Shown piece after piece: positions 9,738 to 20,594 of a stretch of DNA of 64,000 nucleotides. The stretch's first letter is position 1; each line of letters opens with the position of its first letter. Source of the DNA: Bdellovibrionales bacterium (lineage in GTDB: Bacteria > Bdellovibrionota > Bdellovibrionia > Bdellovibrionales > UBA1609); NCBI GenBank assembly GCA_965261545.1, contig CBDHDF010000011.1, positions 224,001-288,000 on the forward strand, read 5' to 3'. A program made the translations under genes and the position numbers. The notes under the pieces were generated by a model. That model saw nothing but the letters and a program-made list of their open reading frames with translations. It did not search any database and was not told the DNA's origin.

Positions 9738-10519
9738 TGAATCACGAAGAACTTATAGGTTCTCTTAAAAAACTCCGACTTCCAGCGATGGCGGATGAAT
9801 ATGTTGCAACGGCTAGAGTTGCCGAAAAAACAAAAAAGACGTATGAACAGTATTTAGGTATACTCGTTCAAAATGAGCTTGCTGACAAGCATTCCCAGAG
9901 AGTGAAAAGATTGCTTAAGGGGGCCAAGCTTCCTCAACTTAAATCACTCCAAACTTATAACTTCCAGAAAAGAACGGGAGTGACAGCTCAGCAAATTAAT
10001 TGGATGGCAGAGGGAGAGTGGGTCAGAAAAGCCTGTAATGTTGTGTTTTACGGAAGCTTTGGAATGGGGAAAAGTCATTTGGCCATGTCCCTAGTTCGTT
10101 CACTCTGTGAACAAGGCTATCGATGTTTATGGGTCACCACTCATGAACTTATTGAAACAATGCGTGAAAGCAAGAAAGAACTCTCATTGAATGCTCTTTT
10201 TAAGAAATTAGACCGTTTTGATCTTATTGCTTGTGATGAACTTGGCTATACAGCTTCCTGCACAGAGGGGGCAGATCTTTTCTTTCAATTCATATCTCAG
10301 CGATATGAAAGGAAAAGTCTCATGATCACTACAAACTTAACTTACTCTGAATGGGATAAGGTGTTTCTTAACCCTATTACCACCGCTGCTGCTGTTGATC
10401 GAATTATTCACAACTGTGAAACCCTCAACATTGAAGGAAAAGAAAGTTGGAGAACCGAATCCGCAAAAGCCAAGTCTAAACAGAGCAAAGAGGAAAGTTC
10501 AACCAAAGAAGTTCATTAG
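9737..10519 (+). CDS. istB: IS21 helper ATPase IstB
   Basis: Walker A GSFGMGKS, Walker B IACDELGY, ITTNL, AAVDRIIH. Confidence 0.95.
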   Translation: MNHEELIGSLKKLRLPAMADEYVATARVAEKTKKTYEQYLGILVQNELADKHSQRVKRLLKGAKLPQLKSLQTYNFQKRTGVTAQQINWMAEGEWVRKACNVVFYGSFGMGKSHLAMSLVRSLCEQGYRCLWVTTHELIETMRESKKELSLNALFKKLDRFDLIACDELGYTASCTEGADLFFQFISQRYERKSLMITTNLTYSEWDKVFLNPITTAAAVDRIIHNCETLNIEGKESWRTESAKAKSKQSKEESSTKEVH

Positions 10520-10546
10520 AGATCCCCACTTTTGGGGAAGGAACCC

Positions 10547-10644
10547 GCCAGTTATCCACAAAATTTATCCACAGCAGCACTGCGTTGCTAGACATCGGGG
10601 TCACAGCCGCAGTGTCGCCATGGATAAATTTATGGATAACTGGC
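10547..10644. repeat. Long imperfect hairpin with TTATCCACA motifs downstream of istB
   Basis: GCCAGTTATCCACAAAATTTATCCA...TGGATAAATTTATGGATAACTGGC; near-identical copy at 14376-14473. Confidence 0.85.
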
Positions 10645-11965
10645 TTTTACCGTACTATTTGCTCGTCACTCTCGCGGAGCTTTAGACATTAGCTGCGCCA
10701 AGGAATCCTGAAAAATACTCCATTTACCTCTGCCATAGGGTTGAAGGATGCATTTGGGGTCATGCCAAAAGTGGTGGGCAGAAAATCATTCCTCAGAATC
10801 TTGTGGCATAGTCCGAGTTAAATGATGAGCAAAATAAAGACACTTGACTAAACTCTGAACGAAGAATAACTAAATCAGTACATCATCAACTGGCCGTTTT
10901 TCATTGGCGACGGCTTCTAAAAATGGCCAATTTTAATTGGCGCCTAACACCAGCGAAGACTCCAATAGGATTTTTGGGCTTAATTGATGGTTTAGAGTGG
11001 TGTTGGGCAAAGTTTGAGGAGAATGGGGCCAGAAAAATATGTTGTTTTGTGGTGTTGAGACGTACCTCTCCATGGACATAGAGGGAGCAGATAATACAGC
11101 TCTTGCGTCATTCAGGGTAGTCAGAAGTTAAGAAAATGAATCGAAGCTCTCACTTTGTGGTGGACCTCTAGGAGGCCATAGGCTTGGAGGTTGTGAGGTG
11201 ATGCCGAGATGAGTAAGAATTTTTTCAATGACCTGAGGGTCTTCAATGGAAGAAATGACTTTTACTTTTCCACCACACTCATGGCAAGTTTCAATGTCTA
11301 TGTCAAAAACCCTCCTGAGCCTTTGAGCCCAGGTCATTCCTGAAAATTTTTTCTTGTTTGGCCTTGGCTCTGAATCTTCTAAATCTAAGGTTTCTTCCCT
11401 TGAGTTTTCATAGATGGAGGCTTCGATTTGGGGCTGAGGGACGATTGAGGATCGATACTTAAAATTGGGAGCGAAAACTCCGTGGAATCTTGTGAGATTC
11501 ACTCGTGGTCGAGGTATGAGGGAGGCAAGACGGCTAAGGAAATCAAGGGGGTCCAGAACGATATGAGTGGTTCCATTGTCATAGGCAATTTTGAGTTTAT
11601 AGACGACTTGGCCCCTGGCATTTAATGAGAGCCTTTCCTCACTGAGGCTGGGTCTTGAAATATACCGGCATACCCTCTCTCGCTTTTTTTTCTCATGGTC
11701 TCTACATGCGACTCCTCCATGGAGGCTAAAGCCAGAATATTTGGCGAGAAATTCACTGTTAAAATCTTTACCTCTTGATGATACAGTGTGAAGAGTCAGT
11801 GCTTTTTTCCCTTTGTGAGTGCAAAATTTCACCTAGTTTGACCCACCCAATTTCACCTGGTTTGACCCACCCAATTTCACGAAGTTTGACCCACTGAATT
11901 TCACCAAACATTGACCCACTTAGATCTTCATAGATATTCTTTCTGCGCTACGCATTAACGAGGAG

Positions 11966-13489
11966 GTGTCTATGGGCAAACAAGGTAAGAAAAAAGGAGC
12001 AAGAATGATCAACAATATTAAGAAATACATAGAGCTTGGACTCAGTTCGAGACAAATAGCTCGAGCTATGGGTGTTAGTCGGAACACTGTGAAGAAGTAT
12101 GTGAAGGATAGTCCCGGAGGCCCTAACAGCCGCTCAAAGGGGTCGCATGGGCCCTACCAAGCCCCATGGTCATCCAAGGTGAATTGGACAGATGTTCGCC
12201 TCAAGCAAAGCCTAGGGACTCAATTGGCTCATTACTGGGAGCGACATATTCAGTCCGAGATTGACGGTGTGAGTTATCTTTCTTTTTGGAGAGAGTTTCG
12301 TCGGAGGCACCCAAGTATAAAGCTTGATATGCACCAGACATTCACCCCTGGTGAACGGAGTGAGTTTGACTATAAGGGAAAAGACTCTTGTTTTGGCTAT
12401 ACAGATGCCAAGACTGGGGAGTTCATCCCATGTCGATTATTTGGAATGATACTTCCATCGAGTCAGTTTTTCTTTCCATGCGCCACATTAACAGAGCAGC
12501 GGGAAGATGTTTTTTCCTCCATAGCTTCTGGTTTTGAGTTTTTTGGTGGTGTGACCGGAACCATTGCTTTTGATAACGCAAAGGTTCAAGTGACAAGAGC
12601 TGATACTTATGACCCCGATATTAACTCTGAGTTTCACCTCTTGTGTGATCACTACAATGTGGCTCCTTTGGCGATGAGGCCATCTCGCCCCAAAGACAAG
12701 AGTCTTATCGAAAATACCCTTGGAGTCTTTTGGCGCTGGTCTTGGCCCCAGATAAGAGAGCGGCAAATGTATTCTCTAGCAGACATCAACGCTGAGTTGA
12801 AGCATTTGGCAGCTATTTTCAATGATCGTATTCAAAAAAAGTATGGGTTGAGTCGTCGACAGAAGTTTGAATCTTTTGAGAAGTCAAAATTGAATCCTCT
12901 TCCTGAAAGACGCTATGAGAGTGGATTCTGGAAGCATTCCAAGGTTCATCCGGATTGTCACATTCAATATAACTACAATTTTTACTCTGTTCCTTATAAG
13001 CATCGCGGCAAGAAGTTAGATATTCGTATTAGCCAACAATGCTTGGAGGTTTATTCAGAATTAGAGCGGGTGGCGATACATCACATCCCCCAGGGCAGTC
13101 GAGGGCGCTACTTTACGACAAAATCTCATCTCCCTAAGTCCCACCGGGCCATTTTAGAGCAAACGCCACAAAATGTACTTAAAGAGGCATCAAGCCTTGG
13201 AGAAAGCATTCACAAAGTTGCCGAGCGGCTTATCAAAGAGCCTCGCCATCCGCTTATGTATCTTCGTCGTGTTCAGGGGATACTCAATCTAAGAAAACGG
13301 TATTCAACAGCTTCTTTGGAGCAGGCTTGCTCATTTTTTGTAGATGCAGCTTTAAGTGACATTAGGGTTCGTGGAGTTGAGAAAGTTATTTCAGCAAAAA
13401 GTCATCGAAAAGAGGAGCCAAGAGTCTGCCGTCAACCTAATGAAAATTTAAGAGGTTCAGAGCACTGGGAGAATGCTTGCCGCCACTAA
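11966..13489 (+). CDS. istA: IS21 transposase IstA
   Basis: HTH, PGERSEFDY, AFDNAK, PKDKSLIEN, YSVP. Confidence 0.95.
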   Translation: MSMGKQGKKKGARMINNIKKYIELGLSSRQIARAMGVSRNTVKKYVKDSPGGPNSRSKGSHGPYQAPWSSKVNWTDVRLKQSLGTQLAHYWERHIQSEIDGVSYLSFWREFRRRHPSIKLDMHQTFTPGERSEFDYKGKDSCFGYTDAKTGEFIPCRLFGMILPSSQFFFPCATLTEQREDVFSSIASGFEFFGGVTGTIAFDNAKVQVTRADTYDPDINSEFHLLCDHYNVAPLAMRPSRPKDKSLIENTLGVFWRWSWPQIRERQMYSLADINAELKHLAAIFNDRIQKKYGLSRRQKFESFEKSKLNPLPERRYESGFWKHSKVHPDCHIQYNYNFYSVPYKHRGKKLDIRISQQCLEVYSELERVAIHHIPQGSRGRYFTTKSHLPKSHRAILEQTPQNVLKEASSLGESIHKVAERLIKEPRHPLMYLRRVQGILNLRKRYSTASLEQACSFFVDAALSDIRVRGVEKVISAKSHRKEEPRVCRQPNENLRGSEHWENACRH

Positions 13490-13570
13490 TCACATAGCCC
13501 CGGTGGGTGGTTCTCAACCACCTAACGGGTCATTTTGACCTCCATAAGAGAGGTCGTATAGGAGAAGAAA

Positions 13571-14299
13571 ATGATTAAACAAACAGAAAATTTATTAGAG
13601 ATATTAAAAATGAGGGGAGTTTTAGCAACCTTGAGCCAGAGGCTCAAAGAAGCTGAGGAGCAGGATCTTGGTTACGAGGACTTTCTAAATGTCATCTTTG
13701 AGGACGAAAAAATCCATCGTGAAAATCAGAAGGTCTCAAGACTTATCAAAAGAGCAGCTTTGCAGCAAAAAGCAAGCCTTGAGGCCTTTGAAACCAAATC
13801 CAACCGAGGAGTCGATCGAAGAGTTTTGAGTGATCTAGCCCTTATGAGATTTGCTCAAAGAGGTCAAAATATAATTATCTCTGGCCCAACGGGTGTTGGA
13901 AAGTCATATTTGGCTTGTGCCATAGGTAATCACGCCTGTCGCCAAGGTTTTTCCACTCAGTTCTTCAGAATGAATACTCTTGTTGAAAAATTCAACTTAG
14001 AAAGAGCCCAGGGGACATATCTAAACTTCCTTAAAAGGCTAAAATCAGTCTCGATACTTGTGTTGGATGATTTTGGTATCAAGCCCCTTACCTCTAACCA
14101 ATATCAAGACCTTTACGATGTGATTGATGAACGAGGCCCTGACCTGAGCCTCATTCTTACAACCCAACTTCCAATAAAAAATTGGAGTGAAGTCATTGAG
14201 GATCCCATCGTTTGTGAAGCTATTATGGATCGCATAACCTCTCAAGCTATCAAAATAGCCATGTCTGGAAGCTCATTTAGGCAGAGAAAGACGATTTAA
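13571..14299 (+). CDS. istB: IS21 helper ATPase IstB
   Basis: GPTGVGKS, LVLDDFG, TTQLP, AIMDRI. Confidence 0.95.
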   Translation: MIKQTENLLEILKMRGVLATLSQRLKEAEEQDLGYEDFLNVIFEDEKIHRENQKVSRLIKRAALQQKASLEAFETKSNRGVDRRVLSDLALMRFAQRGQNIIISGPTGVGKSYLACAIGNHACRQGFSTQFFRMNTLVEKFNLERAQGTYLNFLKRLKSVSILVLDDFGIKPLTSNQYQDLYDVIDERGPDLSLILTTQLPIKNWSEVIEDPIVCEAIMDRITSQAIKIAMSGSSFRQRKTI

Positions 14300-14375
14300 G
14301 GAGAATCCATGCAAAGGCAGACCTTGGAAGACACCATCGGGAGACACTCCATCGGAACTATTGAATCATGTACCC

Positions 14376-14473
14376 GCCAGTTATCCACAAAATTTACCCA
14401 CGGCAGCGCTGCGTTGATAGACATCGGGGTCACAGACGCAGCGTCACCATGGATAAATTTGTGGATAACTGGC
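14376..14473. repeat. Second copy of the TTATCCACA-containing hairpin downstream of istB
   Basis: TTATCCACA at 14381-14389 and TGTGGATAA at 14460-14468 on opposite stem arms. Confidence 0.85.
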
Positions 14474-16314
14474 TCGCTATTCTCTGCCATTTTGAGCAAT
14501 GGATTCAACATCCCCATTGAAAAACCCTCCATTGAAACCTCAGAAATGGGGAGGGTCGAGATTCTCAATGACAAAGTGGCCAATTTTAGTTGGCATCTAA
14601 CATTCTGGCAAATAAGCCTTAACCCACCGTTGGGACATCGTGACATTGAGGGTGTAAAAGTTACTGAGTCAGCAGAAAAAAGAAGGTTTAAATTGACAAA
14701 GTTTGAGCCACCGTGAAATTCAAAATTGGACCTCAAATTGACTGACTGAGGGGTGGGTCAAACTTCGTGAAATTCAGTGGGTCAAACTCGTGAAATTCAG
14801 CATGTGAGGACCGAGAGCTATTCTATAGGTGACTGATGATCCGTGGACTTGGTCCATACTGTCAGAGGCTTCCATAGCCAGATACTCTTGCCCTGTTTCA
14901 TCCCTTAGGATAAGTCCCTTTTTTTCTAGGTGCTTGACCACTCTATGAGCTATGCTCACCAAGATGTGATCCATTTCACTTTGGGTGGGTGGAGTTATGG
15001 GGTGAAAATGAGGTTTACCTTCGGGGAATGTGTACACTCCATCCAAATACATCATATGGAAATGAATATTGAGATTGATGCTTCCGCCAAATCGTTGAAT
15101 GAAGGTAACAGAACCCGTCTTGGCTCCTGATTTTTTGGTGAGGCCAGCTCTTTTGATCAGGTAGGTGGAAATGGCTCGATGAACGATGGCTAAAACCTCT
15201 CCCATGACCTTTGGATTTTTGGCAAAGAGAAATCTTATTTGAAAAGGAAAGCTAAGGACCCATTGTCGTAGTGATTTTTGTGGAAAAACTTCATCGACTA
15301 AGTGGGCTGCACTTTCAGCCATTCTTCTTGCGCCGCAGCTTGGACAGAAGCCTCGACGCTTGCAGCTAAAGGCCACAAGGCTTTCATGGTGGCAAGATTC
15401 ACACTGGGTTCTCAAGAAACCATGGGCAAGAATTCCACACTTGAGAAACTCATCGAATTCTTTTTTAACGAACTGGGGAAGGCCATTTTCATGCTCATTT
15501 TCTATGTGCCGGTAGAAAGTGAGTAGATTTTCTTGCACCAGTTTGTAAAGGAGAGTCTTTTCAGGGCGGTGTCGTTGGTATTTGGGAGCGTTGTTAAAGA
15601 TATGGGGATCAACAAGGGCCATGGCCTTTGTTGGAAGGCAAATTCAATGCCAACTGTGGGTGAGCACCAAAAAACTTCTGGGAGAAGCCTACTCCATGTA
15701 TGGAGCAGAGCATTGTAATGATCCCTTAAAGCAACCTCCATTTTCTTGTCCTTATCAGCCATTTTGACCTCTCTTTCTTTGATTTAATTTCCGTTATTGG
15801 AAATCTTTCTTGAAATAAGAGATACACAACTTCCTGACTCTTTGTTAATGACAAGAAACGGTAACATTTTCTAGGTCCAATATATTTGTTATATTATTTT
15901 TTAGGTAGAAAAATGTCATTAAATGATAAAAAAGAACATTCTATATCTTTACTTGTTTGGGTTATTCCTATTCCCAGGTAATAATGTCTGATAAACTATT
16001 TTAATGTTGGGGGTATTAAATATTAAGTAGTGTCAAAATAATAATAAACTAAAAATAACCATAAAACGATAAAAGAGGGGTGTTTAATGGAAGTAAAGGA
16101 AAATAGAAACAAAAAAAGAATCAAAGTTTTCAAGCACGCTTGAAAAAAAGCTTAAGAAGTCTCAAAAACAAAAAAGGCTTCTCACTCATTGAGTTGATGA
16201 TTGTTGTAGCGATTATTGGAGTCTTGGTGGCCGTTGTCGTTCCTAACTTCCAGAAGCTCATGGCACGAACCAAACAAACAGAAGCTAAAAATAACCTCGG
16301 CGCCGTCTATGTAG

Positions 16315-18196
16315 GGGACTGTAAAAATAATTGTGTAACTGCAATTTTTTTCTTAAATCTTAAAGCCACTTATGTGGCTCCACTCCTAGTAAAAAGCACA
16401 GCCCCATATTATTCGTCAATGTATAATTGACATTTTTTCCTTCAAGCGATTTTGTCAGTCACAATGCATTATAAGTTAATGGGGAGGTGGACAGCTTCGC
16501 TGGTCTATATAATTGGCCTCTTTAGTTACTCTGGACTTTTGATTGTATTATGGAGCCGTAATGGGATCATATCAGAACTGGAAAGAACTCAAATAAATAA
16601 TTATCATCTTGGTTGAAAAAAAATCAGCAATGGCTCTCTCAAAAAAATGGAAATTCCAATCTCATCAAAGGGTTCATGTGTTTAGGTTCCCATACTATAT
16701 TACCCCCTTTTTTTTATTTTTTTTAACTTAGGATATTCGAGAAATACCAGCATTGGGATGAAATATGAAAAAAAATGGAAACCCAAATCTGCACCAAGAG
16801 GGCATGTATTTAGGTCCCCATACTATATTACCCTAACCATAGTCTCGGTATTCCAGTACTTCTGTCAACGCCTTAGAGGGGCTTTTAAGCCCCCTTATAA
16901 GGCAGGGTGGACCTTAAAACTTAGTTGTCAAAACGGTCACCATATTCAATGGCAAATCTATTCATGGCTGGCTTCCAGTTGTGTAATGGTCGTGTCCATC
17001 GCTTAGAGGCCATTTTGATCGCTAAATATACGATTTTTAAGGCCGACTGATCACTGGGAAATATCTTACGATTTCTGATCGCCTTGCGGATCACGCTATT
17101 TAACGACTCTATGGCGTTTGTGGTATAAAAAATCTTTCTGATTTCATCTGGATAATCGAAAATAGTGATAAGATTGTCCCAATTTCTACGCCAAGACTTT
17201 TCAATATTCGGATACTTTGAAGACCACTTAGCACTAAATTCCTCAAGGGCTTTCTCGGCTTCTGTCAGAGTCGTAGAGCCATAAATGGACTTGAGGTCTT
17301 TGGCGACAGCTTTCATATCCTTGGAAGGCACATAGCGAAGGGAATTGCGGACCATATGGACAATGCACAATTGTACTTTAGACTTGGGAAAAGCAGCTGA
17401 AATGGCTTCAGGAAAACCTGTAAGACCATCTACAGAAAATATAAATACGTCTTTCAACCCCCTATTTTGCATCTCAGTCAAAACACTCAACCAAAACTTT
17501 GAACCCTCATTCTCAGAAATCCATAGGCCCAACAAGTCTTTCTGACCCTCCTCTGTAAGACCAAGAGCTACGTAAATTGATTTATTAATAACTCTTTTGT
17601 CTTGATGGACCTTCACCACGATACAGTCCAAAAATACGATAGGGTAAGTACTATCCAAGGGGCGGTTCTGCCAAGTCGTAACTTCATCAATAACAGCATC
17701 CGTCACGTTGGCTATCACTGAGTGGGATATCTCTGCACCATGGTAGAGGTCTTTGATAGCTCCTTGAATATCCCTGGTCGTCATTCCTCTCGCATAGAGG
17801 GTCAGAATACTGTCTTCAAAGCCCTCAAGACGAGTCTTACCCTTGGGAATGACTTGAGGTTCAAAGGAGGCGCTTCGGTCACGTGGGACCTGAAGCTCCA
17901 CCTCACCTTTTTCTCCCTTTATGGTCTTTCTACTGTAACCATTGCGAGTGTTGGATTTGCGGGTCTCAGACTTCTCATGTTTTTCATAACCTAGGTGATC
18001 GTCCATTTCCGCATTAAGGGTCGTCTCTAAAACAACCTTCATCAGTTGACCTGTTATGTCGGATAAATCCTTTTGGGTCTTGACGTTCTTCGCTAGTTCC
18101 TTGCCTATTGTCTTGATATCCATTCTGCCTTCTCCTCTCAGGATGATATTTCATCCTAATATGATTCGGCAGTTACACAAAATACTTTACAGGCTC
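16315..18196 (-). mobile_element. IS256-family element, copy 1
   Basis: Ends GGGACTGTAAAAATAATTGTGTAACTGC / GCAGTTACACAAAATACTTTACAGGCTC; 8 bp TSD CTATGTAG. Confidence 0.95.
16921..18123 (-). CDS. IS256-family (Mutator-like) transposase
   Basis: RNGY, VPRDR, FLDCI, VDGLTGF, QLCIVH, YTTNAIES. Confidence 0.96.
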   Translation of the reverse strand: MDIKTIGKELAKNVKTQKDLSDITGQLMKVVLETTLNAEMDDHLGYEKHEKSETRKSNTRNGYSRKTIKGEKGEVELQVPRDRSASFEPQVIPKGKTRLEGFEDSILTLYARGMTTRDIQGAIKDLYHGAEISHSVIANVTDAVIDEVTTWQNRPLDSTYPIVFLDCIVVKVHQDKRVINKSIYVALGLTEEGQKDLLGLWISENEGSKFWLSVLTEMQNRGLKDVFIFSVDGLTGFPEAISAAFPKSKVQLCIVHMVRNSLRYVPSKDMKAVAKDLKSIYGSTTLTEAEKALEEFSAKWSSKYPNIEKSWRRNWDNLITIFDYPDEIRKIFYTTNAIESLNSVIRKAIRNRKIFPSDQSALKIVYLAIKMASKRWTRPLHNWKPAMNRFAIEYGDRFDN

Positions 18197-18690
18197 CTAT
18201 GTAGCTCAAAAAGCCTTTCATGGTGAGTGGAATACATACCACCCAGGGTTTGGAGTCATTGGATTCAACCCTGAAGGTAATCTGAGATACCTCATTAAAA
18301 CAGCAGGTAAAGAACTTATCTTTGTACCTATTGGCCACCCTTGGGGCAGTACTGCTATGATAGATGCAGCGTTAAAAGCAGTAAGTTCAAAAGTTTATTG
18401 TACTGTAACCACCACCTCCTGTAAGAGTCTAGCTACTTTTGCTATACCAGCAGCGACCAGTCCTACGGCCTCAGCATATAGTTCTACAGCATTTCTATCT
18501 GTAGCTTCCTCTGATTTAGATGGTGATGCTACTGACGTAGATGAATGGACTATCAGCCAGAAGAAAGAAATAAAAAATACCAAAGTAGATATTTAATATG
18601 AAAACAAAGCTCACTTTCCTTCCGGGAGGATAATTACCATCAAAGCCCTCTTGGCACTCCTAAACCCTATCTTATGAAGGTAAAATGTGC

Positions 18691-18812
18691 GATGTATTTG
18701 GATGGAGTGTACACATTCCCCGAAGGCAAACCTCATTTTCATCCCGTAACCTCGCCCACCCAAAGTGAAATGGATCACGTCTTGGTGAGCATAGCTCATA
18801 GAGTGGTCAAGC
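18691..18812 (+). pseudogene. Short internal fragment of the IS91-family transposase, inverted
   Basis: Near-identical to the reverse complement of ~26008-26130 (MYLDGVYTFPEGKPHFH...AHRVVK). Confidence 0.85.
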
Positions 18813-18873
18813 TGTAGTGGATACTTTCTCTTTCTTAAGGAAATTCAAGGATTTAGAATTTGTATCCAGCACA
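18813..18873. repeat. 61 bp MITE-like element with TGT...ACA inverted ends
   Basis: TGTAGTGGATAC / GTATCCAGCACA; right end recurs at 24633-24646 and 24696-24709. Confidence 0.45.
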
Positions 18874-18947
18874 GGAAGCCAAAGAGCCCTGAAATTCAAG
18901 AATATGAAACCAATAAGATCATGAAGTCAAAGAGTGATGAATTCACT

Positions 18948-20590
18948 CAGAAATTCCCGCCGAGCTTGAAAAAACATTGAAATTCCTCCAAATCTCAGTG
19001 TGAGAATTGCACTGCATCGAATAAGGTAAACCTCCCCGTCTTCGCCATTTAGAGGCGAATGTCCAGACTTTAGTTTAGGGCAAATACGTTAAACTCTTTG
19101 GGGCACTTTGAGAAAAATGGCTGCTCATGATGTGTCGAAAACATCTGAGGCAGCAATAGGCTTAATCCCATAAGCCATTATGGCGAGGAGTTCCTGCCAA
19201 TTTTTAAAGTATAGGGTATGGAAATACCCCCTCATATGATCCCATAGATAAGATAGTCTCCTCTCTTTTTCTACCGCCTTTTGAAACAATTTACAGGCCA
19301 AATGTTGAAGTTGGTCCACTAAAAATACCAGCATCATAATCACGGCTAAATTGTTACACAAATTTTGCTTGCCGTGGCCAAAATTGTGCTCAAAGTTGTA
19401 ACCCAAATTCTTTAACGTATTAAATGTTTCATTTTCTATCTTCCAGCGTGCTCTTCCCCCCCTCATTATTTGCATTATGTTGTCTTCGTTGATCTCAATG
19501 TCAGTCACCCAGCTAAAGTGCTGAACCTTACCGTTTGCTTTCGTTTCTTTGTATTCAATAAAATTCACTCGACAATCAGGATTTGAATCATTGAGTGAAA
19601 CATCATTTATGAATCGAAATTCATGTGTCACTCCATTCTCTACCACGGTGAAGTGAGAAACTGTTCCTAAGCTATCTGCTCCATTTACAAACTCAAATAA
19701 AACTTTGTGGTCCCCCATCTTACAGCCTAAAATATAACTTAATTTTAATTCGTTAAGAAGAGTGATGTGAGGAGCATTGGAAGCCAATCCATCCTCAATA
19801 ACAATCACTGGAAGGTGAGGGTGTTCCCTGCGAAAATCTTCAAGGAGTCGTTTGGCTGCATTACGCTCACAATCATTTTTGCTCGATCCATCTGTGTTTG
19901 AAATGGGCTCTGGAGCAATAGGTATAACCTGTTTCTTATCGGGGTGAACAATCACTCCTGCTAACATTTGATGATAGTAGGTCTTCGTCTCATCACGATG
20001 ATTCTTTATACAACAATTCTCACAATGAATAGTCGAGGAGCTAAAGGCACCTGTTCCATCAATGCTGAGAAGATATTTTCCACCCAAATATGGGTAACCC
20101 TCCAAAACCTTCCCTCTTTGAGCTTCGGTAAACAAAGATTTAAAAAAATTTTGAAAGTCACGGGTTGGAACAGGATCTAAAATCTCTCGCATAGCCGTAT
20201 CACTAGGAATTTGGCCTATTTGAAACAAATGGTGTAGGTTGTTTTTTGCCACTGGGTCATGGACACGATCACAAAACTGAAGCATGGATGGGTCTTTCAA
20301 GGCAAACATTGCCACAGATGACATAATGGCATCACTCAGAGGAATCCTATGGGGACGCTGCGATCTTATATCTGGAACTGCAAGAGATTTACTCTGTAAC
20401 AGGGAATACATTCCTGAAGCGGATAGACCTTTTCTAAAATGTTGATGCGACATGACGAACCCTCCTTGGTCTGATGTGCAACAACAAATATTCAAACAGA
20501 TACTTAGGCAAAAGTCTACGAACTCTTTTTGAGGCGAATCTTTTGGAAGCCACTACTGTGGCCTAAACTATTTTTCGACGGGAATTGCTG
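18948..20590 (-). mobile_element. IS element (ISNCY/IS4-like DDE)
   Basis: IRs CAGAAATTCCCGCCGA / TCGACGGGAATTGCTG; 9 bp TSD GAATTCACT (18939-18947, 20591-20599). Confidence 0.9.
19125..20495 (-). CDS. DDE transposase (ISNCY-like)
   Basis: SIDGTG, KNDCERNAAKR, IEDGL, GRARWKIENETFNTLK. Confidence 0.9.
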   Translation of the reverse strand: MNICCCTSDQGGFVMSHQHFRKGLSASGMYSLLQSKSLAVPDIRSQRPHRIPLSDAIMSSVAMFALKDPSMLQFCDRVHDPVAKNNLHHLFQIGQIPSDTAMREILDPVPTRDFQNFFKSLFTEAQRGKVLEGYPYLGGKYLLSIDGTGAFSSSTIHCENCCIKNHRDETKTYYHQMLAGVIVHPDKKQVIPIAPEPISNTDGSSKNDCERNAAKRLLEDFRREHPHLPVIVIEDGLASNAPHITLLNELKLSYILGCKMGDHKVLFEFVNGADSLGTVSHFTVVENGVTHEFRFINDVSLNDSNPDCRVNFIEYKETKANGKVQHFSWVTDIEINEDNIMQIMRGGRARWKIENETFNTLKNLGYNFEHNFGHGKQNLCNNLAVIMMLVFLVDQLQHLACKLFQKAVEKERRLSYLWDHMRGYFHTLYFKNWQELLAIMAYGIKPIAASDVFDTS

Positions 20591-20594
20591 GAAT

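Larger units (their letters stand above)
7704..10949 (+). mobile_element. IS21-family element A (complete)
   Basis: Terminal IRs TGTTAGCTGACAATTAAAA / TTTTAATTGGCGCCTAACA, internal CGCCAAT(G/T)AAAA repeats, istA-istB; no matching target duplication. Confidence 0.92.
11820..14802 (+). mobile_element. IS21-family element B
   Basis: Ends TGCAAAATTTCAC / GTGAAATTCAGCA, ~24 bp subterminal repeats, 6 bp TSD TGTGAG (11814-11819, 14803-14808). Confidence 0.95.
11128..15622 (-). pseudogene. IS91-family (Y2 HUH, Zn-finger) transposase interrupted by IS21 element B
   Basis: Fragments 14809-15622 and 11128-11819 rejoin to 501 codons matching the intact copy at 25194-26699. Confidence 0.93.
16140..18596 (+). 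pseudogene. pilA: Type IVa major pilin (PilA-like) interrupted by IS256
   Basis: Prepilin site KG|FSLIELMIVVAIIGVL; removing IS256 and one TSD joins 16140-16314 to 18205-18596 in frame (...GAVYVAQKAFHGEWNTY...DLDGDATDVDEWTI...), 188 aa. Confidence 0.88.

Noticed and set aside
10547..10644. DnaA boxes as a replication origin
   Set aside because: Inside IS21 elements; no dnaA/rep gene or unwinding element context.
11820..11920. Tandem ~24 bp repeats
   Set aside because: IS21-B left-end repeats with inverted copies at 14750-14802; no spacers or cas genes.
14296..14736. Overlapping ORFs on both strands after istB
   Set aside because: Span the hairpin and IS end; no protein features.
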